NCBI GenBank assembly: GCA_051362555.1
Contig: CM120641.1
Span: 28,154,401 to 28,218,400 of the forward strand
Reading direction: 5' to 3'
DNA length: 64,000 bases
DNA from: Lingula anatina
Lineage: Eukaryota > Animalia > Brachiopoda
Each line of letters starts with the position of its first letter. Position 1 is the stretch's first letter. Positions 1-11,750 of this stretch are shown piece after piece. A program made the translations under genes and the position numbers. A model generated the notes under the pieces. That model was given only the letters and a program-made list of their open reading frames with translations, searched no databases and had not been told where the DNA came from.

Positions 1-98
1 AACTGCACTCATGATGAGAGCATCCGTCCTTTAAGCCCATTGAGTTATTCTCTGCAGGTGCATTCTAAGACAGTGTGAAATGTCATGAAAAAGAGACC

Positions 99-1199
99 TC
101 ATTTCTTTTGTGTCTCCTGCTCTTTTTCGGAAAGACTGCTGATACAGGTGACGGATGTTGCTGTTGTGGTGTTCGTGAGACCAAAACATTGGTTCTCCAT
201 GTTACTGCCATTACGTGATCCACGCTGACAACATCGAAAAAGAATCCTATAACCACGACGAACCTCTTTAAAACGCGCTCCGTAGATGATTGGATCCAGG
301 AAAAAATTGAGCAAAAGACACATGCTGTTGATGCGCACTGCAATGAATAAAATATACTCTGTCTCCGATCCTTTTTCTAATTTCTCCATCGCGTGAATGA
401 TGGCTATATTGGCAATACCTGGTGTCCAAAAAAGTATTAAGGCTGACAACAACAATCCAAGCGTGATAGTTGTTTTCTTCTCCGATTTACGATGAGGATC
501 TAATGCAGCCGACGTTTTCATGCTTTGGCGCACGACGATATAAAGTCGAATATATAACACAGCTGTAACCAAAAGCGTAAAACCGTTCGTTATATTAAAG
601 GCAATGCTTTTCGCTTCATGTGTAACTCGCTGCATGAAAAACTCGGCACAGTCTGGAAATTGGTCAGCCATTATTACCTCAATGCTGTCAAAAATAATTT
701 CAAAACAAAGGGCAAATGCATACTGGAGTAAGATAAGAATTCCAAAGCGCTTCTTTGTCAATATGGTTTCGTAGCGATACGGCTTTGCAATTGCAATAAA
801 CTGGTCAAACAATATGATTCCTGTTGACAGAAATGCAGTCATGGTCATTATATTAAGAAAAGTGGCGAAAACTCCCGACAAACATGGCTGCACTGAGGTA
901 CTTACAGTGTCAAATATCTGTGACATTTTTGTTGCCAAATATGCTACTAGCATCATCGTGACACCCAAGTCCGAAACTGCAATATTCATTAGCGCCCATT
1001 GATACTTTTTCCATGGTTTCCGCATGTGTAACAACGCTAAAACGGAGACTACATTTTCAAAAAAAGCAACTGCAGCCAAACAAAAGAAAACAACCGTGCT
1101 TTGCGTGGTAAAAGCGTTCGCTGCGTTATTCACTTGTGGGCTTTTCGTTGAAAAGTTTTCGAAGTCCTCTGTATTATTTTCAGCATTCATCTTTGTCAT
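99..1199 (-). CDS. Intronless rhodopsin-like (class A) GPCR, orphan; general melanocortin/adenosine-receptor-like architecture
   Basis: 366-aa ORF with seven hydrophobic segments. Class A motifs: EN (TM1), NIAVSD (TM2), DQFIAIAKPYRY (DRY variant), FWTP (CWxP variant), DPIIY (NPxxY variant), helix 8 and a CC pair. Confidence 0.9.
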   Translation of the reverse strand: MTKMNAENNTEDFENFSTKSPQVNNAANAFTTQSTVVFFCLAAVAFFENVVSVLALLHMRKPWKKYQWALMNIAVSDLGVTMMLVAYLATKMSQIFDTVSTSVQPCLSGVFATFLNIMTMTAFLSTGIILFDQFIAIAKPYRYETILTKKRFGILILLQYAFALCFEIIFDSIEVIMADQFPDCAEFFMQRVTHEAKSIAFNITNGFTLLVTAVLYIRLYIVVRQSMKTSAALDPHRKSEKKTTITLGLLLSALILFWTPGIANIAIIHAMEKLEKGSETEYILFIAVRINSMCLLLNFFLDPIIYGARFKEVRRGYRILFRCCQRGSRNGSNMENQCFGLTNTTTATSVTCISSLSEKEQETQKK

Positions 1200-1741
1200 G
1201 CAGCGTTCATGGGTGATGACAATGCACTACGTTGCTAACCCGCAGCACCGCATATAACTAGTCTTTTCTCAATGTGTCGAAGAGCAGCGGTCGAAAGTTA
1301 TACTATAGGGTCTTGCACAGCAAAGATAGTACCCTGAAAAAATCGGTTCAAAATCAAACATACATTTTTCCCAAAAAGTCTACAAACGACTGCTCACAAG
1401 AAAACACTGCGCTTGTTCTTGATCCATCCGCACATGTCCAACTCCGTACCAAATCTATATTTAATTCACTTTTGCTAATTAAATACCAAAACGTTATAGT
1501 AATACAAGGGGTTTAGTCATTCGTGTTCCTCATGTTGAATTGTTAAAGTTTACTGTAACAAGAAAATTTGCAAATCGGTTTTAGTACGCACCTTTTCAAT
1601 GTATAAGCCCTTAAACTGAAAGTACACGTTTTGCAGGCGATCGGCTGAACTGAAAATATTCTATTCCGTCTTATGCCAGGCATGGGCTTATATATGATAT
1701 GCTGATAGCATCACGCGTTGGTACAATCAATGTCCAGTTGA

Positions 1742-1974
1742 CTTGGACCCCATTTCCATAGATTTTAGATCGATCTATCCCTGTGGGGAGTCTCTCTAGA
1801 TTACTGTCAGCTTAGCCGGCTTAAGCGTCTGTCCCGCCTACTAAAAGCTGTAAGGGGGTAATTAACTATGGTGCGCGATCGGCTGACTGCAATTTAGCGT
1901 GAACCCCCAGGGAGTTAGGTCGATCTAAATCTTAATCTCTGGATCGATCTAAATCTCTGGGAATGCACCCCAAG
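1742..1974. mobile_element. Degenerate palindromic MITE-like element (~230 bp)
   Basis: Left end CTTGG..CATTTCCATAGATTTTAGATCGATC pairs imperfectly with right end GATCGATCTAAATCTCTGGGAATG..CCAAG. Internal arms (TCCCTGTGGGG..GTCAGC / GCTGAC..CCCCCAGGGA) also pair. Confidence 0.6.
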
Positions 1975-2753
1975 GGTCCGCCTACTCTGTAACATCACCG
2001 AGACATCTCCAAAACGCAGTAAACAGTTACATCTTTTTTCTCATGATTTATGGTTGCCGTTGGGAGGGGGCGTTTTCCACTTATTATTTAGCGCCATTAA
2101 GATTAAAACACAATTGGCAGTGATCGACAGGGGGGTAACTTGTTTGCTGAATCCGATTCAAGCGCGTGTACCGGTGCATTGTAGTATTAAATTATATATA
2201 ATTTACATGTAGGGGGGGGGGGGGCTACTCTGGCACTACAGTAAATTTAATTTAAAAAAAAAACGTAAAAACGAGTGCTAATGGCATGTGATTTAAAATT
2301 ATAGATTGTCATGATTACTGTTATCATAGCGTCTGTAATATGCTGTACAGGAGATCAGTGCAGTACTGAATCCTTTTATTTTCATATTTAGAAGTTGACT
2401 GCGGCACTGGATAAGCAAATTTCCTAATTTGAATACAAAATTGTAAATAATAAAGCATTACAAGCATACGGTGGCATTCAAGAATGAGCCAAAATGTTCA
2501 TGCGATATACATAAAACGGAATTAATTAATTGAGAAACAAACAGACATCAAGAAAAATTGACAAGCTGGAAAGGGCGGCCGTATATGCCAAAAGCAGTGA
2601 AAAAAATGCAAGTCAGACAACTTGTATCAGAGGCAAAAGACGACATACATGAGTATAAGCAAGGTTCGAGGCAGCCGTAAGGGAATGTGAAAGAAAAAAG
2701 CTTTTGCATGCATGCATTAGGCTTCAAAATTCGCCGGCACTTAGCCATCATTT

Positions 2754-3310
2754 CAGGCCTACCCAACTACCAGACTCGGCACCTAAGGATCCTGAATTAA
2801 CCGGTATATCGGATCACGCTACCCGTTTTCAAGGTGTGTGTCAGATCGCATTTCGGAGTATCATACCCCAGAATAAATTTTGTAGCACGACTGCGGGCTC
2901 ATCCACGCTCGGCTGAACAACCTGAAACTGTAGGCTACTCTTACTTTAGAGTACTCTATTTTATTGTCTCTATAGGGGGATTATGGGGACTTTACGACAT
3001 TCGGTTTGAATGTTTTAACCACTTTTGATAGGGCTTTTTTGCATTGTATTAGATTAATGTGGCAGTCTTAGGTTCATCTAGGTGGCTTTCAAATTTATGC
3101 GCCCGGTTTTAAAATCATATAGCGATTTTACGACAATCGTTTACTATCCAATCAAAGTGACAGCCGAGCATGCCAGGGCTCATCCTGTCGGTGTTCTGGC
3201 TGATACTCCGAAATGCGATCTGACACACACCTTGAAAACGGGTAGTGTGGTCCGATATACCGGTTAATTCAGGATCCTTAGGTGCCGAGTCTGGTAGTTG
3301 GGTAGGCCTG
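2754..3310. mobile_element. Non-autonomous TIR DNA transposon (MITE), ~110-bp TIRs, 6-bp TSD (hAT6-like)
   Basis: 2754-2863 and 3201-3310 are near-perfect reverse complements with CAGG...CCTG ends. TCATTT lies directly on both sides (2748-2753, 3311-3316). Confidence 0.9.
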
Positions 3311-4583
3311 TCATTTGGTTCCTCGCATTTTGAGTAATCATATACTGTATTGTTCACGTGCTACACTACTGTTTGGTTCCGTTGTTCACCTTGTTCAGGC
3401 TCAAGATATGGATAGTTGAGAAAATAAATATCAAATGATAGGTTTTCGAGATTATAACTTTATAAAAACCTATTTTTCTCTCGTTTTATTTTTTGCCATT
3501 TCTGTGCCACAAATGTGAATCAGCGCAAGGAATGATAATTGTTCGAATGAACGCCGACAAGTATATCCAATGGCCTGGGGCATTGTTACTAAACTCTAGG
3601 TTGACATCATGTCAACAAAAGCAATGACACGTTGTGCCAATTATAATTTTAGGGGGAAGGGCTATGCATGGTTTCTTGCCTCAAAATTCATTATTACATA
3701 ACTGCTTTCCTTCGAAGAAAATGTAAATTTATCGTTCTTTTAATCAAAAAGATTATTAAGATAAAAAACGATGTACATATTTTAATCGTAGGTGTACATA
3801 AAATAAAGTAACGGAATTTAAGTCTCACTCTCATACGACACCCCTGCATTCAAATTGACATGTTCACGACAGCAGCACCCCCAAGCGACAGTTTCCGATT
3901 AAAATAATAGAGCGGGTAATTATGAACTTGTGCTCACTCAACAGCGGTTAGACCAACAAGGAGGACATTTTGCGTTGCACTCTAAAAATGAACAAAGGAC
4001 GCGAAAATCAACGTGCATTTCTTCGAGGAGCCGTCTTCAAAATCCACGATAACCCTACGCCGATTCCCTTACTCGCGCAGGGGACGGAATACTACGTTTT
4101 TACCGCGTTTCTGCGCAGACTCTTCGCTCCGGTAAATCTTCAATCAGCAAAACGCACTTTACCTGGTCGTCAAATAACCTTCGCAGGATTCATCGTCATC
4201 GGAAATGGAACAAGGTCCAAGTTACTGGAGATGTGCTAGTGACGCTATTTCCCACTAGCTGTCTATCTTTTCATTTCTGATTTCTGACACCTTGTTTCCC
4301 ATGTCTCCAGGCCTTGCTTTATTGTCCTTATTGCTTGAAACAAAACGCTGCGCCTGTCTGTTCACGACACACTTTTCTCGTGTTGTTGGATTTCTCTACT
4401 TAGTCTGATGGGCACTATGCGTTGGATGTTTTTTCATTTGCATTTATTTCCATGTATGTCAGTTTTCATCTTTATTTCAGGTCCGAGAAGCAGACAACAT
4501 ACACTACTAGGATAGGATTTGATACATAACGTTTCATTAACATGGTAACTTCTCACTTTCTCCTTTTTCTATCATTTCACAGA

Positions 4584-7500
4584 GTTCAGAGGAAGACAAC
4601 AACCGCTTTCCCCAGGTGATAACTAACCAAGCCACTGACCACTGACCACATGAAGATATAATTAGGCAATACGTCTCCTTAGCCACTGACCATGGGGGTA
4701 AGTAAGTAAAATAAAGGTAAGTACTCAGTAGTATTGGGTTGAGGTTACAGGGTGTAGGGAGACCGGAACTAATTTCCTTTGATTTCTCTTTCAAGGATAT
4801 GAAGATGATGGCATTAGTCAACCCTTAGACACATTTCTGAGACAGGCTGCCTTCACATGGTAATGGTTTCCCATCAGATAAAGACCAAACCCCAGCATCA
4901 ACAAATCCTAAGCCACACCCGCCAGATAGTTCACTAGGACAAGCCAATACATCTCCTCAGCCACTAACCATGGGAGTAAGTAAGTAAGATGAAGGTAAGT
5001 AGTATTTGGGTTGTTGTTACAGGGTGTAGGGAGACAGGAACTAATTTCCTTTGATTTCTTTTTCAAGGAAATGAAGATGATGGCAGTAAGCAACCCTCAG
5101 CCACATTTGTGAAACAGGCTGCCTTCACATGGTAAGGGATTCCCATCAAATAAAGACCAAACCCCAGCATCAACAAGTCCCAACCCACATCCGCCAGATG
5201 GTTCACTAGAACAAGCCAATACGTCTCCTTAGCCACTGACCATGGGAGTAAGTAAGTAAGATGAAGGTTAGTAGTATTGGGTTGAGGTTACAGGGTGCAG
5301 GTAGACTGGAACTAATTTCCTTTATTTCTCTTTCAAGGATATGAAGATGATGGCATTAGTCAACCCTTAGAGATATTTCAGAGACAGGCTGCCTTCACAT
5401 GGTAATGGATTCCCATCAGATAAAGACCAAACCCCAGCATCAACAAGTCCTAAGCCATATCCGCCAGATGGTTCACTAGAACAAGCCAATACGTCTCCTT
5501 AGCCACTGACCATGGGAGTAAGTAAGTAAGATGGAGGTAAGTACTCACTTATTGTGTTGAGGTCACAGGCTGTAGGCAGATGGGAACTAATTTCCCTTGA
5601 TTTCTCTTTCAAGGATATGAAGATGATGGCATTAGTCAACCCTTAGAGATATTTCTGAGACAGGCTGCCAGATGGGTTCCCATCAGATAAAGACCAAACC
5701 CCAGCATCAACAAGTCCTAAGCCACAACTGCAAGATGGTTCACTACGACAAGCCAATACGTCTCCTTAGCCACTAACCATGGGAGTAAGTAAGTAAGATG
5801 AAGGTAAGTAGTATTGGGTTGAGGTTACAGGGTTTATGGAGACAGGAACTAATTTCCATTGATTTCTTTTTCAAGGATATGAAGATGATGGCAGTAAGCA
5901 ACCCTCAGCCACATTTGTGAAACAGGCTGCCTTCACATGGTAATGGATTCCCATCAGATAAAGACCAAACCCCAGCATGAAGTCCTAAGCCACATCTGTC
6001 AAATGGTTCACTAGGACAAGCCAATATGTTTCCTTAGCCACTAACCATGGGAGTAAGTAAGTAAGATGAAGGTAAGTAGTATTTGGTCGAGGTTACATGG
6101 TGTAGGGAGACCGGAACTAATTTCCTTTATTTCTCTTTCAAGGATATGAAGATGATGGCATTAGTCAACCCTTAGAGATATTTCTGAGACAGGCTGCCTT
6201 CACATGGTAATGGATTCCCATCAGATAAAGACCAAACCCCAGCATCAAAAAGTCCTAAGCCACAACTGCAAGATGGTTCACTACAACAAGCCAATATGTC
6301 TCCTTAGCCACTAACCATGGGAGTAAGTTAGTAAGATGAAGGTAAGTAGTATTGGGTTGAGGTTACAGGGTGTAGGGAGACAGGAACTAATTTCCTTTGA
6401 TTTCTTTTTCAAGGATATGAAGATGATGGCAGTAAGCAACCCTCAGCCATATTTGTGAAACAGGCTGCCTTCACATGGTAATGGATTCCCGTCAGCTAAA
6501 GACCAAACCCCAGCATCAACAAGTCCCAACCCACATCCGCCAGATGGTTCACTAGAACAAGCCAATACGTCTCCTTAGCCACTGACCATGGGAGTAAGTA
6601 AGTAAGATGAAGGTAAGTAGTATTAGGTTGAGGTTACATGGTGTAGGGAGACCAAAACTAATTTCCTTTCATTTCTCTTTCAAGGATATGAAGATGATGG
6701 CATTAGTCAACCCTTAGACACATTTCTGAGACAGGCTGCCTTCACATGGTAATGGATTCCCATCAGATAAAGACCAAACTCCAGCATCAACAAGTCCTAA
6801 GCCACAACTGCAAGATGGTTCACTACGACAAGCCAATATGTCTCCTTAGCCAGTAACCATGGGAGTAAGTAAGTAAGTAAGATGAAGGTAAGTAGTATTG
6901 GGTTGAGGTTACAGGGTGTAGGGAGACAGGAACTAATTTCCTTTGATTTCTTTTTCAAGGAAATGAAGATGATGGCAGTAAGCAACCCCATGGTAAGGGA
7001 TTCCCATCAAATAAAGACCAAACCCCAGCATCAACAAGTCCCAACCCACATCCGCCAGATGGTTCACTAGAACAAGCCAATACGTCTCCTTAGCCACTGA
7101 CCATGGGAGTAAGTAAGTAAGATGAAGGTTAGTAGTATTGGGTTGAGGTTACAGGGTGCAGGTAGACTGGAACTAATTTCCTTTATTTCTCTTTCAAGGA
7201 TTTGAAGATGATGGCATTAGTCAACCCTTAGAGATATTTCTGAGACTTCACATGGTAATGGATTCCCATCAGATAAAGACCAAACCCCAGCATCAACAAG
7301 TCCTAAGCCACAACTGCAAGATGGTTCACTACGGCAAGCCAATATGTCTCCTTAGCCACTAACCATGGGAGTAAGTAAGTAAGATGAAGGTAAGTAGCAT
7401 TGGGTTAATTGAGGTTACAGGGTGTAGGGAGACGGAAACTAATTTCCTTTGATTTCTTTTTCAAGGATATGAAGATGATGGCATTAGCAACCCTCAGTCA

Positions 7501-10500
7501 TATTTGTGAAACAGGCTGCCTTCACATGGTAATGGATTCCCGTCAGATAAAGACCAAACCCCAGCATCAACAAGTCCTAACCCACATCTGCCAGATGGTT
7601 CACTACGACAAGCCAATACGTCTCCTTAGCCACTGACCATGGGAGTAAGTAAGTAAGTAAGATGGAGGTAAGTACTCACTTATTGTGTTGAGGTCACAGG
7701 CTGTAGCCAGATGAAAACTAATTTCCCTTGTTTTCACTTTCAAGGATATGAAGATGATGGCATTAGTCAACCCTTAGACACATGTCTGAGACAGGTTGCC
7801 TTCACATGGTAATGGATTCCCATCAGATAAAGACCAAACCCCAGCATGAAGTCCTAAGCCACATCCGCCAGATGGTTCACTAGAACAAGCCAATACGTCT
7901 CCTTAGCCACTGACCATTGGAGTAATTAAGTAAGTAAGAAAGATGAAGGTAAGTAGTATTGGGTTGAGGTTACAGGGTGTAGGGAGACAAGAACTAATTT
8001 CCATTGATTTCTTTTTCAAGGAAATGAAGATGATGGCAGTAAGCAACCCTCAGCCACATTTGTGAAACAGGCTGCCTTCACATGGTAATGGATTCCCGTC
8101 AGATAAAGACCAAACCCCAGCATCAACAAGTCCCAACCCACATCCGCCAGATGGTTCACTAGGACAAGCCAATATGTCTCCTTAGCCACTGACCATGGGA
8201 GTAAGTAAGTAAGAAAGATGAAGGTAAGTAGTATTGGGTTGAGGTTACAGGGTTTATGGAGACAGGAACTAATTTCCATTGATTTCTTTTTCAAGGAAAT
8301 GAAGATGATGGCAGTAAGCAACCCTCAGCCACATTTGTGAAACAGGCTGCCTTCACATGGTAAGGGATTCCCATCAAATAAAGACCAAACCCCAGCATCA
8401 ACAAGTCCCAAGCCACATCCGCCAGATGGTTCACTAGAACAAGCCAATACGTCTCCTCAGCCACTGACCATGGGAGTAAGTAAGTAAGTAAGATGAAGGT
8501 AAGTAGTAATGGGTTGAGGTTACAGGGTGTAGGGAGACAGGAACTAATTTTCTTTGCTTTCTTTTTCAAGGAAATGAAGGTGATGGCAGTAAGCAACCCT
8601 CAGCCACATTTGTGAAACAGGCTGCCTTCACATGGTAAGGGATTCCCATCAAATAAAGACCAAACCCCAGCATCAACAAGTCCCAACCCACATCCGCCAG
8701 ATGGTTCACTAGAACAAGCCAATACGTCTCCTCAGCCACTGACCATGGGGGTAAGTAAGTAAGTAAGATGAAGGTAAGTAGTATTGGGTTGAGGTTACAG
8801 GGTGTAGGGAGACAGGCACTAATTTCCTTTGATTTCTTTTTCAAGGAAATGAAGATGATGGCATTAGTCAACCCTTAGAGTCATTTCTGAGACAGGCTGC
8901 CTTCACATGGTGATGGATTCCCAGCAGAAAAAGACCAAACCCTAGCATCAACAAGTTCTAAGCCACATCCGCCAGATGGTTCACTAGAACAAGCCAATAC
9001 GTCTCCTTAGCCACTGACCATGGGAGTAAGTAAGATGGAGGTAAGTACTCAGTAGTATTGTGTTGAGGTCACAGGCTGTAGGCAGATAGGAACTAATTCC
9101 CTTTGATTTCTCTTTCAAGGATATGAAGATGATGGCATTAGTCAACCCTCAGCCACATTTGTGAAACAGGCTGCCTTCACATGGTGATGGATTCCCATCG
9201 GATAAAGACCAAACCCCAGCATCAACAAGTCCAAAGCCACATCGGCAAGATGGTTCACTAGGACAAGCCAATACAATACAATAATTAGTTGACCCTTAAG
9301 CCACATGTCTGAGACAGGCTGCTTTCACATGGTGAAGGATTCCCATCGGATAAAGATCACACACAGCATCAACAAGCCCTAAGCTACATTGACCAGATGG
9401 TTCACTTGGACAAGGCAATACGTCTCCTTAGCCACTGGCCATGGGACTAAATAGGTTAGTAGCAAGTAAGTATTTTTGGGTTGAGGTTCTGGGTTGTAGG
9501 CAGGGAGGACTACTTTCCCCCCTAATTTTTAAAGATATAGAAGATGTAACATAAAAAAACCCTTTTAGAGTGTATGCACTAATTAAGGGTATATCATGTT
9601 CCAAGCTTAATTTCCATTTCTCTTCCTATACTTTTTGTAGAATGTATAAGTTTTTAAACTTTTAGGCTACCAGCAGCAGAGACCTCAGAAATGGATAATG
9701 ACAACTCCGCAAGATGAAACATATCCATGGCACACTCTTATAGGGCTTCATAACTTGTTTTAGCAAGGTAGCAGCGGGTGGTGTTCTATTACCACTGGGA
9801 TCGATAGTGCTTTAAGGCAAGTCATTGGGAAAGCAACTATCTGAAATTGTTTACATTATTTTTATTTGGAAAAAATTGTTAGAACACATTATTACCCATA
9901 GAACTGTATATCGATCCACACTAGGCAATGAAAACAATATTTTCAAGATGTGAAGTACTGTGCCTTCTTGGCCTGATGAAACCCCAGCATTTACAGATTG
10001 ACTTGCAAAATGTCCAAACTTGGCCGGTATATACATTTACTTGTTACAAGCTTGCCATCGGTCTCCATGTTCTTTAATGAAGATATAATTTGAACTTCCA
10101 GGATAGCAAAAGAGGCTTTGCAAGAACATTTTGAATAAGTCTTGAACCTCCAAATGGAAGATGACAAGTGAAATTAAATCTCCTGACAGAAATCGACATT
10201 TAAATTGCCAAACTCCTTGACAGTGTTTCCATATGCTTATACCCACTGAATCTGTCTATATACTATCAAAATTAGATTGGGAATCAACTATAATCAAAGT
10301 AGAATAGTAATGATGTGATAAGATAACTTCATGGGATTTTTATTTAGTTTTAATATTTATTTCACAATTAGGTGTTGTTTAATTGTGGGATTGATGTCAT
10401 CTTTGCATATTGAGCATTTTTGAGATATTTTGGACCATGGATTAAGTAAAGACATAGACAGTGAGCAATACTGTAGCAATATTGGAAAGATTTTGTCAAT

Positions 10501-11750
10501 ATATCATATATTATATGCATATCTGCTTACATGAAAATCATTTTGAATTCACAAATACTTGCAAAGACAAAACATATTTTATATTGTTAAAGTATACTTT
10601 ATTTAGCTAGATGTAAGTAGGTAAGATATGATTGCATTAAGTTGAATTAGTCAAAATTTATTTTTTCACTTGCATTTGTAAACATCCTGATAGCTAAACG
10701 GGTGTAAGAGTCAATCAGTAGTTTCTTACTGGACATATGATAGAATTCCTATACTTTTATAGGATTCCAACAGAGTCCAATAGCCCAATAGGAAATTTCC
10801 GTAAGTGTCTATATGGAAATTTTGATGGAGTTGTCATGAAACATTGGTATTACCTACAGTTTTGACTGTCCACATTTCTGTCAATTTTATTGAGAGTAGT
10901 ATTTTTAAAATTTGTGCTTCTGATGACGGGGGAAATTGTTCAGAATGGCATTTGAGAAAATCGATGATCCTAGCCCGGGCCTAACCACCACCCCAACTAA
11001 CATACTCTAACCCTCTTCCTCCTGAGGAGTGCTGGGTGCACACAATCATTCCTCTGGGGAGAATTGCATGTTACTGCTTTTCAGATTTTCTCAAGTGTAA
11101 CTGAGGAATAACCACTTCATCACAAGTGTCCCTTTTTTTTTTGTTCTAGATTTGAAGTGCACTTTAAATCAAATGTGGATGGTTATTATTTTAGATTATA
11201 CCAATTAATGATCCAGAGAATTCAATAGCAACTTTAAATGTGGGTGAAGGTTATTGGTACAATTTTATAAAAAATAATTGATATCATAGTTTATGGGTCC
11301 ATGGAGGGATATGGGTTATTGCATACACATACATTAATATCACAGGTGTTATGCTAGGGCTGTTTCATAATTCTTCTAAGAAAAAGTACTTTGGCTATTG
11401 AGTTATATTGAGATGAGTTGTCATATCATGCAAAAAGTAAGATCCAGGATAAGGTTACTTTAATTGCTAAATTTTCATTTTTACTGATTATTAATTTGGA
11501 TTATAAAGCTGATAGGTAATTATATAGAGGGTTATAATTACAATATTTAGATAATATTTTTAAAGTAATTGGTACGGTCCACTGTTTTGCTTTGGAATGC
11601 TCTATCTGTAATTTTTGCAAAGTTTTAATAGAAGTAAAGGCTATGCATAAATCTTTTTTGGTGTCATTTTATATTACAAGTAGTAACTAGTAATTGGAAT
11701 GCGAAGTTACCACTTCTACCTCCAAATAAAAAGTAAGACAAAACAATGAA
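4584..11750 (+). pseudogene. Candidate decayed or non-coding spliced transcription unit containing the exon-intron array
   Basis: Acceptor-led segment 4584-4697 reads SSEEDNNRFPQVITNQATDH*PHEDIIRQYVSLATDHG in the same frame as the array exons. A phase-compatible acceptor at 9665 precedes ~32 open codons. Another acceptor lies near 11149 and AATAAA near 11725. The region upstream (~3840-4430) is CpG-rich. Confidence 0.4.
4666..9546 (+). repeat. Tandem array of ~18 units of ~271-275 bp, each resembling an exon plus an intron
   Basis: TTCAAG|GA(T/A)ATGAAGATGATGGCA (a few copies with single changes) recurs at about 4796, 5068, 5338, 5614, 5876, 6143, 6414, 6685, 6960, 7199, 7466, 7745, 8021, 8296, 8571, 8846 and 9120, with degenerate flanking copies. 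Units carry GTAAGT donors, AACTAAT, a pyrimidine tract and AG. Confidence 0.97.

Noticed and set aside
3970-4239. 89-aa ORF in the CpG-rich patch
   Set aside because: No recognisable motif and no clear splice link to downstream exons. It may be a first exon, but I cannot support that.
5068-5247. Conserved in-frame TGA in array exons as selenocysteine or readthrough
   Set aside because: The same frame also has TAG stops in most copies, no SECIS was recognised, and the upstream exon supports a different frame.
8016-8871. Three 101-aa hydrophobic minus-strand ORFs in the array (and shorter relatives)
   Set aside because: The 275-bp unit is not a multiple of 3, other units break the frame, and splice signals point to the + strand. 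Treated as repeat shadows.
4666-9546. CRISPR-like interpretation of the array
   Set aside because: Whole units repeat with no unique spacers, there are no cas genes, and the context is eukaryotic.
9765-10260. Long pseudo-ORF after the array
   Set aside because: Beyond the first ~32 codons the stop density is about what AT-rich random sequence gives.
10720-11090. Short TE-like remnants (CTTAC..TTTCCGTAAG; CTAACC motifs)
   Set aside because: Too degenerate to define ends or family.
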